Positions 37,512 through 47,304 of a DNA stretch of 64,000 bases are shown here, one piece after another; positions within the stretch are counted from its first letter, which is position 1; each line of letters begins with the position of its first letter. A program made the translations under genes and the position numbers. This DNA is from Dehalococcoidia bacterium (GTDB taxonomy: Bacteria > Chloroflexota > Dehalococcoidia > Plut-88900), in contig CBDFLQ010000005.1 in NCBI GenBank assembly GCA_965249275.1, positions 640,001 to 704,000 on the forward strand, given 5' to 3'. A model generated the notes under the pieces. That model did not search any database, was not told the origin of the DNA, and was given only the letters and a program-made list of their open reading frames with translations.

Positions 37512-38702
37512 TTAGTGCAGGCCGATTTCTTTGAACAGCCACGCTGAGGCCAGCGACTTGCCTTCCCGGAAGCGGCGTAGCGAGAATATAGACATGTCCA
37601 CGAGGGTCGTGCGGCCCGTGGTGACTAGCTCTGCCATCAGGTCTCCGGCCACCGGGCCTTGCTGCATACCCAGTCCGCTCCAGCCGACCATGTTGTAGAA
37701 CCCTCCGACCTCCTCGCTTTCCTCGAAGATGGGGGAGTCATCGGGCGTGATGTCATATGCGCAGGAGTAGCCGCCCCGGTGCGTTGCCTTCTCCAGCGTC
37801 GGCAGGGCCTGAGATCCTTCTATACGGTGCCGGTCTACAAGTTCCGGTGCAGCGTCTTCGGGCATAGTGTCGGGGTCCACCATCTCTGCATCATCCCGGA
37901 TTTCCAGCGTGTTCAGTACGTTGATGAGGTTGCCGGGTTCGCACCTGAAGATGTAGTCGCTGCGTCCGTCGTGGAAGATGGGTCTGAACTCGGGCATGGA
38001 CCAATGCCTCTGGTATATGACGCCCTGGCCCCGAGTCGGGGTGATCGGGATGTCGATACCCACCATCCGCCCGATAGCCGGGCCCCAGATCCCCGCAGCA
38101 TTTATCACGACAGGGGCCGAAATGTTCCCCTTGTCGGTCTCCACCGACTGTACGCGCCCACCCGAAAGCCCGATTCCAGTTACCTTGGTCTCCTCGTTCA
38201 CCTGCACTCCCTGTTCTCTGGCGCGAGCCGCGAACGCCTCCGTCACGCCTCCCGGGTTTGAGTAACCGGCGTCGGGGAAATAAACGATCGGACCCAGGGC
38301 CTCGGTGTTCAGGCCGGGGACCATCTCGGCTAGCTGGTCGGGATCGAGGTACTCGCTCCGCATTCCGACTTTGCCGGTTAGCGCTACCATTTCCTGCATT
38401 AGGGTCCTGTTGGACTCGGGTTCGGCCCAGACCCGGCCCACGTTGCGGAACTGGCCGCCGCCACCAATGATCTCGTCGAAATTCAGGTATATTTTCGAGG
38501 ACTCGTGGATGATTTTTACGGTCTCCTCCACGCCGTGATAGGGACGTAGGTTGGCCAGGGAGCGGCCGGTCGGGCCGGAGGCGAGGTATCGTTGTTCGAC
38601 GAGGACGACGTCCGTGACGCCGCGTTTCGCAAGGTGATACGCGGTGCTGGCGCCCATCACACCCCCGCCTATTATCATGACCTCTGCCGTGCTTTTTACC
38701 AT
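37512..38702 (-). CDS. FAD-dependent oxidoreductase (DAO/sarcosine oxidase beta-like)
   Basis: GGGVMG, GPTGRS, NAAGIW, TPD, GWSGLG. Confidence 0.88.
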   Translation of the reverse strand: MVKSTAEVMIIGGGVMGASTAYHLAKRGVTDVVLVEQRYLASGPTGRSLANLRPYHGVEETVKIIHESSKIYLNFDEIIGGGGQFRNVGRVWAEPESNRTLMQEMVALTGKVGMRSEYLDPDQLAEMVPGLNTEALGPIVYFPDAGYSNPGGVTEAFAARAREQGVQVNEETKVTGIGLSGGRVQSVETDKGNISAPVVINAAGIWGPAIGRMVGIDIPITPTRGQGVIYQRHWSMPEFRPIFHDGRSDYIFRCEPGNLINVLNTLEIRDDAEMVDPDTMPEDAAPELVDRHRIEGSQALPTLEKATHRGGYSCAYDITPDDSPIFEESEEVGGFYNMVGWSGLGMQQGPVAGDLMAELVTTGRTTLVDMSIFSLRRFREGKSLASAWLFKEIGLH

Positions 38703-38851
38703 GAACCAGTCCTTCCCTTATAGCCGTGGAAAGCCGGACTAGAATATATGCCGCCGCGTCCGAGCGTCAACACAGATCGTAGCTTGACGGGGGAGGTGGG
38801 CAAAACCCACAATTACCAGTCAAGTCGCCAAAACCACAGAAGGAGCCTGTC

Positions 38852-39763
38852 ATGGAAGAAGCACACGAGTCCCTGGTCTACGTCAATGGAGAGCTTGTTC
38901 CGGCAAGCCAGGCTTCCGTATCGGTATTCGACAGGGGCTTCCGATGGGGAGATGGCGTCTACGAGATGGCCCGCACCTTCAGCGGCAAGATCTGGAAGCT
39001 GCGCGACCACCTGGACCGACTCTACTGGTCACTCCAGTACACGAGAATCGACCCGCGCATCGACATAGACGCCTTGGAGGCTGCGACTCATGAGCTGGTG
39101 GAGACCAACTTCCAGAGGTCGGGGCCGGAGGACGTGGGGGTGACCCACATAATCAGTCGGGGAGTCGTGGAGCCGACTCGGCAGGCGGAGCTAGAGGCAA
39201 CTGTCGTAATCTACACCGAGCCTCTGGCCTTTGCGATGTACGCCAAGTGGTACCGTGACGGTATCAGGATGATCACACCGGCGACTCGCCGCACGCCGCC
39301 TCAGAGCCTTTCCCCTAAGGCAAAGATATCCAACAAGATGAACCACATGGTCGCCGATTTCGAGGCGAAGGCGATCGATCCAGAGGCCCTGCCCCTGATG
39401 CTGGACTACGACGGCAACGTGGCCGAAAGCAGTGGCGCGAATTTTCTATTCCTGCGTAAGGACACGATTTACATACCCAACCGCAGGCACGTGCTGGGGG
39501 GGATTACGATGGACTCGGTGCTGGAGATAGCCTCGACACTCGGGTTCAAGACGGAGGAGGGAGACTACACACCCTTCGACGTATACAAGGCTGACGAAGC
39601 GTTTATAACCACGACTCCCAGCCACATATCCCCCGTGGTGTCCCTAAACGGGATTAAGATCGGGGCTGGGGTGCCGGGGCCCGCGTTCCAGCAGATCACC
39701 CAGGCCTGGAGCGACATTGTGGGGATTGACATCGTGGACCAGGCAATGGCGTATGTGAGGTAG
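38852..39763 (+). CDS. Aminotransferase class IV (IlvE/PabC-like)
   Basis: DRGFRWGDGVYE, HLDRL, K, E..GAN, LGGIT, ADEAF. Confidence 0.9.
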   Translation: MEEAHESLVYVNGELVPASQASVSVFDRGFRWGDGVYEMARTFSGKIWKLRDHLDRLYWSLQYTRIDPRIDIDALEAATHELVETNFQRSGPEDVGVTHIISRGVVEPTRQAELEATVVIYTEPLAFAMYAKWYRDGIRMITPATRRTPPQSLSPKAKISNKMNHMVADFEAKAIDPEALPLMLDYDGNVAESSGANFLFLRKDTIYIPNRRHVLGGITMDSVLEIASTLGFKTEEGDYTPFDVYKADEAFITTTPSHISPVVSLNGIKIGAGVPGPAFQQITQAWSDIVGIDIVDQAMAYVR

Positions 39764-39781
39764 GGGGTAGGGGTCGTAGTC

Positions 39782-39850
39782 ACCCTCACCCTAGCCCTCT
39801 CCCATCGAGAGAGAGGGTACTAGACTCCCCCAGACGCCGGGAATGACGGG
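39782..39850 (+). repeat. R1+R3 REP-like composite between convergent genes
   Basis: CCCTCACCCTAGCCCTCTCCCATCGAGAGAGAGGG then ..GGGAATGAC. Confidence 0.78.
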
Positions 39851-39858
39851 GGGAGGCG

Positions 39859-40959
39859 TTAGGAGAGGAGCTTGGTGAGGGCGTATTGGCCGAGGTGGCG
39901 GTTTTCCTCAATGGTGTCGGGGTTGATGTCGGAGTTGTAGGCGATGAGGGGGATATCGCGTTCGTGGATGGAGGCGTGGGAACGGAGGCCGGGGCGCATT
40001 TCGATCTGGGTCGGGTCACCGAAGACGAAGTTCTTCTCGGCGTTGACGAAGATGTTGCCAAGCCTTCCTGGGTGGAGGCGGTATTCGAGCACGGCTTCGT
40101 CGTGGCTGAAGGCGCTGTGGACGCCAGGGGTCTCGCGGAGGATGGCCAGGGCCTCGGCCGCGTGTTTATCGTCCAGGTATACGAAGGTGCATCCCCCCAA
40201 GTTGGAGTGCTGAAGGACGTAGCGGTCCTTGATTATGGGCACGGGGTTGGAACCTATGCCGCGGGCTGCGAGGATGCTTTTCAGATCTACCATATGATCC
40301 TTGGCAGACATGCCGTGGTCGGCGGTCAGGAGGAGGGTGACATCAGGGTGGTTGGAAAGAAGCTCTCCAATTGTGTCGTCGAGGATGGTCATGTGGCGTT
40401 GGGACTCGGGGTGATCGGGGGGAAAGGTGTGCATCGCGTAGTCGGTAGTAGCGATGTAGACGACGTCGAAGGGGCTCTTGGACATTAAGTGGTCGGCGGC
40501 CTGGACTATCCAGCCGTTGACTTCGAGGGAGTAGATGGGGGGTGGGGGGCCGAGAACGGATACTGCCTCGTCCAGGGGCTGCTCCGAGGAGAAGCCGACG
40601 GTGGCGTGAGCCCCGATGAGGGTGCGGAGCTTGTCCTTGGAAGAAACCATCAGGGTGCGCTTGCCGAGCGATGAGGCCTTCTGGAAGAGGGTCTCGGCGA
40701 GGATGAAGTCGGCGGACTCCATATAGGTCTCAAGGCCGGTGTCGGTGTCGAGCCAATAGTTGCAGTTGATGCCGTGGGACTCGGGATAGAGTCCGGTGAC
40801 GAGGGAGACGTTGTTGACGTTGGTGACGGACGGCATCATGGAGCGGCCGATTTTCAGGAAACCCTTGGCGCATACCTCGTCGATGTTCGGGGTCTTGCAA
40901 GCCTGGAGGTACTCGGGGTCAAAGCCGTCGATGATGATAATTACTATAGGGTTGTCCAT
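39859..40959 (-). CDS. Alkaline phosphatase superfamily, phosphonoacetate hydrolase (PhnA)-like
   Basis: IDG, PSVTNVNN, TTDYAMH, TADHGM, LRSH. Confidence 0.82.
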   Translation of the reverse strand: MDNPIVIIIIDGFDPEYLQACKTPNIDEVCAKGFLKIGRSMMPSVTNVNNVSLVTGLYPESHGINCNYWLDTDTGLETYMESADFILAETLFQKASSLGKRTLMVSSKDKLRTLIGAHATVGFSSEQPLDEAVSVLGPPPPIYSLEVNGWIVQAADHLMSKSPFDVVYIATTDYAMHTFPPDHPESQRHMTILDDTIGELLSNHPDVTLLLTADHGMSAKDHMVDLKSILAARGIGSNPVPIIKDRYVLQHSNLGGCTFVYLDDKHAAEALAILRETPGVHSAFSHDEAVLEYRLHPGRLGNIFVNAEKNFVFGDPTQIEMRPGLRSHASIHERDIPLIAYNSDINPDTIEENRHLGQYALTKLLS

Positions 40960-41024
40960 GGGGGAATCGTAGCACAAGTGGGTATGGGCTACGACATCAG
41001 CTGGATGTAATCAGTTTTGGGAGA

Positions 41025-41426
41025 TTATCCGACGGGAGATTTGGCCTGGGTGGATGGAGTCTCGAGGTTGGCGGGCGAGGTCTCCTCTTCGGAGTCGGGG
41101 TGAGGGGATTTCTCGGTGGGCATGGGACGAATGACGACCTGCATGCCCAAGGCTCGGGTGAGGCGCATTATGGTGGCGAAGCTGGGGTTGCCGTTGGGCG
41201 AGAGGGTTTTATAAAGGCCGGCCCTGCTCATGCCGACCTGTTGAGCGAGTCCGCTCATGTTTTGGGCTCGGGTAACGTCTTGCAAGGAAGCTCGTATGAC
41301 GTTGCCGTCGCCGGGGTCCTCTTCAGAGCAGGCTTCAACATAGAGTCGGGCGTATTCTATGTCCTTGAGACGTTTGGTAGGATCCCAATATGTGTATCCG
41401 TCCGGTAACTTCACATTTACCCCCAT
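41025..41426 (-). CDS. Addiction module antidote, HTH (HI1420-like)
   Basis: MSGLAQQVGMSRAGLYKTLSPNGNPSF. Confidence 0.87.
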   Translation of the reverse strand: MGVNVKLPDGYTYWDPTKRLKDIEYARLYVEACSEEDPGDGNVIRASLQDVTRAQNMSGLAQQVGMSRAGLYKTLSPNGNPSFATIMRLTRALGMQVVIRPMPTEKSPHPDSEEETSPANLETPSTQAKSPVG

Positions 41427-41713
41427 TCTCTAGCCAATTGGCGTGCACGTTCTATATCTCGGCGTTGGCTGGACTTATCGCCACCACAAAGTAGCACGAT
41501 GATATTTGGGCCGTTTCGGATGAAGTAAAGACGATAGCCGAGTCCGTAGTGGATGCGTAGCTCAAAAACACCGTTGCCTACGGCCCGCGTGTCGCCCAAG
41601 TTGCCTTCGGCCACACTCCTCATGCGTGCGTCAATCTTTAATTTGGCAGTGGTATCTCTAAGCCTGCTAAACCACCCAGTAAATGTATTGCTTTCAATAA
41701 TCTGGAAGGTCAT
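41417..41713 (-). CDS. Addiction module killer, RelE/ParE family (HI1419-like)
   Basis: GNLGD..VG.GV.ELRIHYG.GYRLY, LLCGGDKSSQ. Confidence 0.9.
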   Translation of the reverse strand: MTFQIIESNTFTGWFSRLRDTTAKLKIDARMRSVAEGNLGDTRAVGNGVFELRIHYGLGYRLYFIRNGPNIIVLLCGGDKSSQRRDIERARQLAREWG

Positions 41714-41800
41714 ATGTACCAACACGCATTGTAAACTATAGTGGACACTTCGTCAAAATGAAATACAAGGGGTAGGGGTGGGGTGTGGTAACATTCGGGC

Positions 41801-44800
41801 ATGGGAACAGGTGTGTTTCATCCGGTTGTAAAGGCATGGTTCGAGGAGAAGTTTGAGGGGCCGACGGAGGCTCAGGCGCAGGGTTGGGAGTCGATAGCGC
41901 AAGGGAAGCACACGCTGATCTCGGCGCCGACGGGGTCGGGTAAGACGCTGGCTGCATTCCTGAAGTGCATCGACGACCTGATCTGGGAAGGGCTGGACTC
42001 GAGGCTGGAGGACGTGACGCAGATAGTGTACGTCTCCCCGTTGAAGGCGCTTTCCAATGACATCGAAAGGAATCTGGCGGGACCGCTTTCGGAGATAACG
42101 GCGAAAGCGGAGGAGATGGGGATAGCGGCGCCGGAGATCCGCGTGGGGCTGAGGACGGGGGACACGAAGGCCTCACAACGGCAGAGCATGGCCAAGAGGC
42201 CGCCGCATATCCTGATCACCACACCCGAGTCGCTGTACATCCTGTTGACTTCCAAGAGCGGGAGGCAGGGGTTGATGGGGGTGAAGACATTAATCATCGA
42301 CGAGATTCACGCGGTGGCTGACGACAAAAGAGGATCACACCTGAGTCTTTCGATGGAGCGGCTGTGTGCGCTGGCCGAGGGCCCGGTGACCAGGATCGGG
42401 CTGTCTGCGACACAGAGGCCGATAGAAGAGGTGGCGAGGTTCCTGGTCGGTAACGCTCATATTGATGAGAAGAGGAATCCCGACTGCTTGATAGTGAATG
42501 CCGGGCACGCCCGGAAGATCGATCTGGCTATCGAGATGCCGGGTTCGGAGTTGGGGCCGATTGCGAGCCACGAGCTGTGGGCGGAGACGCTGGACAGGGT
42601 GGTGGAACTGGCCGAGAGGCACGAGACTACGCTGGTCTTCGTCAACACGCGTCGGTTGGTGGAAAGAGTGGCGCATCAGCTAACGGAGCGGCTCGGGGAA
42701 GAGGCGATAGCGGCCCACCATGGCAGTATGTCGCGGGAGAGGCGGTTCCAGACGGAGCAAGCCTTGAAAACGGGCAAGACGAAGATATGCGTGGCCACAG
42801 CCTCTCTGGAATTGGGCATCGACGTGGGGCTGGTGGAACTGGTCTGTCAGATAGGGTCGCCGCGGTCTATCGGGTTGCTTATGCAAAGGGTGGGGCGCTC
42901 CGGGCACACGATCAAGGGAACGCCCAAGGGTCGGATGTTCCCGTTGACCCGGGACGAGTTGGTGGAGTGCATCGCCCTGGCTCGAGCCGTGCGTCGACAG
43001 AACCTGGACACCCTGTCAATCCCGCCTTGGCCGCTGGACGTGCTAGCCCAGCAGATAGTAGCCGGATGCGTGGCGGAGGACTGGGATGAAGATGAACTCT
43101 TTGAGATGCTCCGCAAAGCCTATCCTTACCGGGACTTGCCGAGGGAGAAGTACGACGAGGTGGTGAAGATGTTGGCCGAGGGTGTGGCCCCGAGGGAGGG
43201 CAGGAGGACGGCGCACCTGCATCGGGATGGGGTGGCGGGCAAGTTGAAGAGTAGGAGAGGGGCTCGGATACCGGCATTGACGAGCGGGGGGGCGATCCCA
43301 GACACCGCCGACTACGACGTCGTGGCAGACCCCGAAGGTGTTTTCGTAGGGACGGTCAATGAAGACTTCGCAATAGAGAGTATGGCCGGCGACATATTCT
43401 TGCTGGGCAACACGCCGTGGCGTATCCGCAGGGTGGAGAGTGGGCGGGTACGGGTGGAGGATGCCCAAGGCCTGCCGCCATCGATTCCTTTCTGGTTGGG
43501 GGAAGCGCCGGGTCGGACGTGGGAGCTTTCGGAGGAGATTACGGAACTGCGCAGCGGAATCGAGGAGCGGCTGGGAGACAATGGCAAGGCAGAAGGCTGG
43601 GTGACGGAGGAGTCAGGGGTGGGAGGGGAGGCGGCTCGGCAAGTGGTCGAATACTTAGATGAGGGGAGGCGGGTGCTGGGGGGCGTACCCTCGGGGAACA
43701 AGATATATGCCGAGCGGTTCTTCGACGAGTCGGGTGGGACGCAAGTGGTGATACATTCGCCGCTCGGGGCGCGGGTGAATCGGGCCTGGGGGATGGCGCT
43801 GCGGAAGCAGATATGCCGCAGCTTCGACTTCGAGCTTCAGGCGGCGGCGACGGATGATGGAATCAACTTCTCGTTGGGGCCGAATTTGTCGTTCCCCCTG
43901 GAGGAGCTGTTCAGCTATCTGAGCACCAAGAACGTCGAGAAGGTATTGACGCAGGCGGCGTTGCAGGCGCCCCTGTTCCAGACTAGATGGCGTTGGAACG
44001 CTACGCGGGCCTTAGCTATCATCAAGTTCTCCGGTGGAAAGAAGGTGCCGGCTCCGCTGGTGCGGATGAGGTCCGACGACCTTTTGGCGTCGGTGTTTCC
44101 AGCGCAGGTGCAGTGTCAGGACAACGCGCCGACAGCCGATATCGAGGTGCCGGACCACCCGCTGGTATTCGAGACGGTGCGGGACTGCCTGACCGAGGCT
44201 ATGGACCTGGAAGGGCTGACCCGGCTGCTGGGAGACATAGAGCGAGGAGCGGTGGAGGTGTTCGCACGGGACACGCCTCAGCCCTCGGTGTTTTCCCACC
44301 AGATATTGAACGCTATGCCCTACGCCTTTCTGGACGACGCCCCGCTGGAGGAGCGGAGGTCCAGGGCGGTATCGTTGAGGCGGGCGCTGCCGGAGGACTC
44401 CCGGGACCTGGGCTCCCTGGACCCGGAGGCGATAGCTGCGGCGGTTGAGGATGCGTGGCCACCGGCCCGTGACGCCGACGAGATGCACGACCTGCTATTG
44501 AGCGTCGGGCCGATCTCGGATGGTGAGATAGCGGTGAGGTATGGAGATGGGGATGGCGGAGTCGTTAAGGAGTGGTTGGAAGAGCTATTGGAATCGGGGA
44601 GGGTGACGACGTTTCGGAGGGCGGACGGGTCTCGGGCGTGGGTGGCAGTCGAGACGGTACGGGAAGTGATGCCCGCATACCCGGAAGCGGAACTGCATCC
44701 AATACCACCGGAACGTTTCCTGAGCGACACGGAGGCAGATCCCGGAGAGGCGGCGGTGAGGTTGGTCAGGGGCCGTACAGAGGTCTCAGGGCCTCAGACT

Positions 44801-46024
44801 GCCGAGGAGATCGGGGAGATGCTGGCACTGCCGGAGGGGACTGTTAGGGCAGCCTTGGCGCAACTGGAATCGGAGGGACAGGTATTGAGGGGGTCGTTCA
44901 GGCCGGGTGCCATCGTGGAGGAATACTGCGACAGGCGTATCCTGGCCCGGATACACCGGGCGACTGTATCGAGGCTGAGGCGGGAGATCGAGCCGGTTTC
45001 GGAGTCGGTGTTCATGCTGTTCCTGCTGCGCTGGCAGCACGTGGAGCCGGACAGGATGTTGAGTGGGGAGTCGGGGTTGATCGAGGTTATCGAGCAGCTG
45101 CAGGGATTCGAGGCGGCGGCGGGAGCTTGGGAACCGCATTTGCTGAAGGCCCGGGTGGCGGGTTACGAGCCTTCGATGCTGGATGACCTGTGCTTTGGGG
45201 GGGAGGTGGTGTGGGGCCGGATGACACAACGCAGGCATATGCCCGATCAGCCTATATCCAAGGTGGGACTAACGAGGAACGGGCCGATAACGCTGGGGCT
45301 TCGGGAAAACCTAGATTGGCTGGTGGACCCGACTCCCGAGGATGATGAGGGGTTGGGTGGCGCGGCTCGGGATATCCTGAACGTCCTCACGAAGCGCGGG
45401 GCCTCATTCCAGTCCGACATTGCCAAGCTGAGCAAGCGGCTGCCTTCGGAGGTGAAGGACGGTCTGTGGCAACTGGTGGCGGCGGGCCGGGCCACGGCGG
45501 ACGGATTCACGCCCCTGCGGCATGTGAACAATGGCCCGCCCCCGAGTATGCGCCGCAGCACCCGATTGCGAAGGAGGGCGAGGAATCGGCCTTCGACGAC
45601 CCGTTGGTCCCTGCTGCAACCCTTGGGAGATGGCGAGACGTCTGCAACGGAGAGGGCGTTCCAACTGCTCCGGCGTTATGGGGTGGTGTTCTACGAGATG
45701 CTGGCCCGGGAGCCGATGGCGCCGACGTGGCGAGAGCTAGTGAGAATATACCGGCAGGCCGAGGCTCAGGGGAAGATCAGGGGAGGCAGGTTCATTTCGG
45801 GGCACGTGGGGGAGCAGTTTGCGCTACCGGAGGCTATCGAGATGCTGCGGTCGACGCGGAAGCAGGAGGGGTCGGGACGGTATGTACAGGTGTCGGCGTG
45901 CGATCCGTTGAACCTGGTGGGGATTATCAGCCCCGGGGCCCGGGTGCCGGCGGCGATGGGAAACCTAGTGGTGTACCAGAACGGGGTTGCAGTGGCGTCG
46001 GTGGAGGGGGGACAGGTTGAATGA
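41801..46024 (+). CDS. lhr: Lhr-family large DEAH helicase
   Basis: APTGSGKT, TTPES, DEIH, LSAT, QRVGRSGH, C-terminal LLRRYG/RGGRF region; 1407 aa. Confidence 0.9.
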   Translation: MGTGVFHPVVKAWFEEKFEGPTEAQAQGWESIAQGKHTLISAPTGSGKTLAAFLKCIDDLIWEGLDSRLEDVTQIVYVSPLKALSNDIERNLAGPLSEITAKAEEMGIAAPEIRVGLRTGDTKASQRQSMAKRPPHILITTPESLYILLTSKSGRQGLMGVKTLIIDEIHAVADDKRGSHLSLSMERLCALAEGPVTRIGLSATQRPIEEVARFLVGNAHIDEKRNPDCLIVNAGHARKIDLAIEMPGSELGPIASHELWAETLDRVVELAERHETTLVFVNTRRLVERVAHQLTERLGEEAIAAHHGSMSRERRFQTEQALKTGKTKICVATASLELGIDVGLVELVCQIGSPRSIGLLMQRVGRSGHTIKGTPKGRMFPLTRDELVECIALARAVRRQNLDTLSIPPWPLDVLAQQIVAGCVAEDWDEDELFEMLRKAYPYRDLPREKYDEVVKMLAEGVAPREGRRTAHLHRDGVAGKLKSRRGARIPALTSGGAIPDTADYDVVADPEGVFVGTVNEDFAIESMAGDIFLLGNTPWRIRRVESGRVRVEDAQGLPPSIPFWLGEAPGRTWELSEEITELRSGIEERLGDNGKAEGWVTEESGVGGEAARQVVEYLDEGRRVLGGVPSGNKIYAERFFDESGGTQVVIHSPLGARVNRAWGMALRKQICRSFDFELQAAATDDGINFSLGPNLSFPLEELFSYLSTKNVEKVLTQAALQAPLFQTRWRWNATRALAIIKFSGGKKVPAPLVRMRSDDLLASVFPAQVQCQDNAPTADIEVPDHPLVFETVRDCLTEAMDLEGLTRLLGDIERGAVEVFARDTPQPSVFSHQILNAMPYAFLDDAPLEERRSRAVSLRRALPEDSRDLGSLDPEAIAAAVEDAWPPARDADEMHDLLLSVGPISDGEIAVRYGDGDGGVVKEWLEELLESGRVTTFRRADGSRAWVAVETVREVMPAYPEAELHPIPPERFLSDTEADPGEAAVRLVRGRTEVSGPQTAEEIGEMLALPEGTVRAALAQLESEGQVLRGSFRPGAIVEEYCDRRILARIHRATVSRLRREIEPVSESVFMLFLLRWQHVEPDRMLSGESGLIEVIEQLQGFEAAAGAWEPHLLKARVAGYEPSMLDDLCFGGEVVWGRMTQRRHMPDQPISKVGLTRNGPITLGLRENLDWLVDPTPEDDEGLGGAARDILNVLTKRGASFQSDIAKLSKRLPSEVKDGLWQLVAAGRATADGFTPLRHVNNGPPPSMRRSTRLRRRARNRPSTTRWSLLQPLGDGETSATERAFQLLRRYGVVFYEMLAREPMAPTWRELVRIYRQAEAQGKIRGGRFISGHVGEQFALPEAIEMLRSTRKQEGSGRYVQVSACDPLNLVGIISPGARVPAAMGNLVVYQNGVAVASVEGGQVE

Positions 46025-46154
46025 GAGGTCGGCATTGCCTCGGAGTGCGAAGTTGGAGGTTCTGGGGATGTCGGCGGCTGGGAGGTCAGGGTCGGAGGAT
46101 GCGCGGGGTGGGGTAGGGATGGGCGCGGGTGTAGATAGGCGAGACGACGCTTGA

Positions 46155-46401
46155 GATTCCTCGCGGGGCCTCGGAATGACAGGGGTGAAGGGGCTCGGTT
46201 GGGAATCAGGACTACCACGACGGATTAGCTGTCTGGGGCCGCCCCCCGCTCGACCCTTCGAGTGCCTCAGGGTGAGCGGCTCCGCCTCGAGGATGGATTC
46301 ACGCCTCGGCACACTCCAAAGGCGCATCCTCCTTAGGCGGCCGTTAGGCTTGCAGCATCTTCGACCGGCTCTCGGCGGCCGGAATGATCCGCCTAAGGCG
46401 G
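46155..46401 (+). repeat. R3+R2+R3 composite with a triple nested micro-insertion (46301-46365)
   Basis: Same architecture as 26179-26378. Confidence 0.82.
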
Positions 46402-46446
46402 ACAGGCTCCCCTCGGGAGTGGTAGGGAAAGGGTGTACGGAAGCGG

Positions 46447-47157
46447 CTAGGCGTCCATCCTGAGCGTCCGGGCTTCTTTGCCTTCGCCCATCTTGTAGAC
46501 GGCGGAGTACATGTTCCACCACATGTTACGGCCTTCAAGGGCTGCGCGTCGTACGGAGGCCTTTTGCTCGGGGGTGGTGGCATGAGCGGCGGCGGTGCTC
46601 CAGCCGGTTTCTGCGTGGACCTCGTCGGCGCCGACGTGGACGGCGAAGTATGAGGCTTGCGCTTCGGTGTAGCCGTATTTGTCGATGAGGCCCTTGGTGA
46701 CGCCGTCGCAGAACTCGGTGAACATATCCTCAATGCCCATCGATACGAAGCTGAGTGCTTCCACCCATCTGCCGCGCATGGCGTAGGCGGAGACGGTGTC
46801 GGGGTAGACCTTGGTCTCTGGGATCATGGGACGGGCGTCGACGTCGTCTTCCGAGAAACCGGCGGCGGCCCCGGCCCGGATGGCCAGCTCCCAGTGGGAA
46901 GGCACTTCAGGAGTGCCGGTCAGCTCACCGAAGAGGTTCTCGGCGAGTTCCATGCGGGTGTGCCTCGGGGCCTGGGGGATGATGAGCGAGAGGGAGGAGA
47001 TGCCCTCTTCCACGGTGTGCTTAAGTTGGGCGCAGAGCTCGGCGAGGGTGTTTGGCTTAAGGACACCGTTGACGAGGTCGATGTAGATGGGGTGGTTGAC
47101 GACGGCTTCGCTTTGGATTTCTTCTCTCAGGTCTGCCCAGAAGGTGTCGGTGGTCAT
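46447..47157 (-). CDS. Heme-oxygenase-like diiron protein (CADD/PqqC/TenA superfamily)
   Basis: HP, EN..GE......H, E, YF..H...D..H ligand pattern. Confidence 0.75.
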   Translation of the reverse strand: MTTDTFWADLREEIQSEAVVNHPIYIDLVNGVLKPNTLAELCAQLKHTVEEGISSLSLIIPQAPRHTRMELAENLFGELTGTPEVPSHWELAIRAGAAAGFSEDDVDARPMIPETKVYPDTVSAYAMRGRWVEALSFVSMGIEDMFTEFCDGVTKGLIDKYGYTEAQASYFAVHVGADEVHAETGWSTAAAHATTPEQKASVRRAALEGRNMWWNMYSAVYKMGEGKEARTLRMDA

Positions 47158-47304
47158 GGTGCATCTCCGTTGGGGGTGGTGTGGGGCGATTTTAGCATAA
47201 ACGCATAGGAGTCTTTGGGATCGAAAAGTCGGTTGGCTTAACTGATGCGGGTTGTCGCTCTGGATTCCCGTGTCGGGGCACGGGAATGACGGGATATGCG
47301 GGGT

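Noticed and set aside
41025-46024. TA pair plus Lhr helicase as a defence island
   Set aside because: Divergent orientation; Lhr is a widespread repair helicase and no other defence genes are adjacent.
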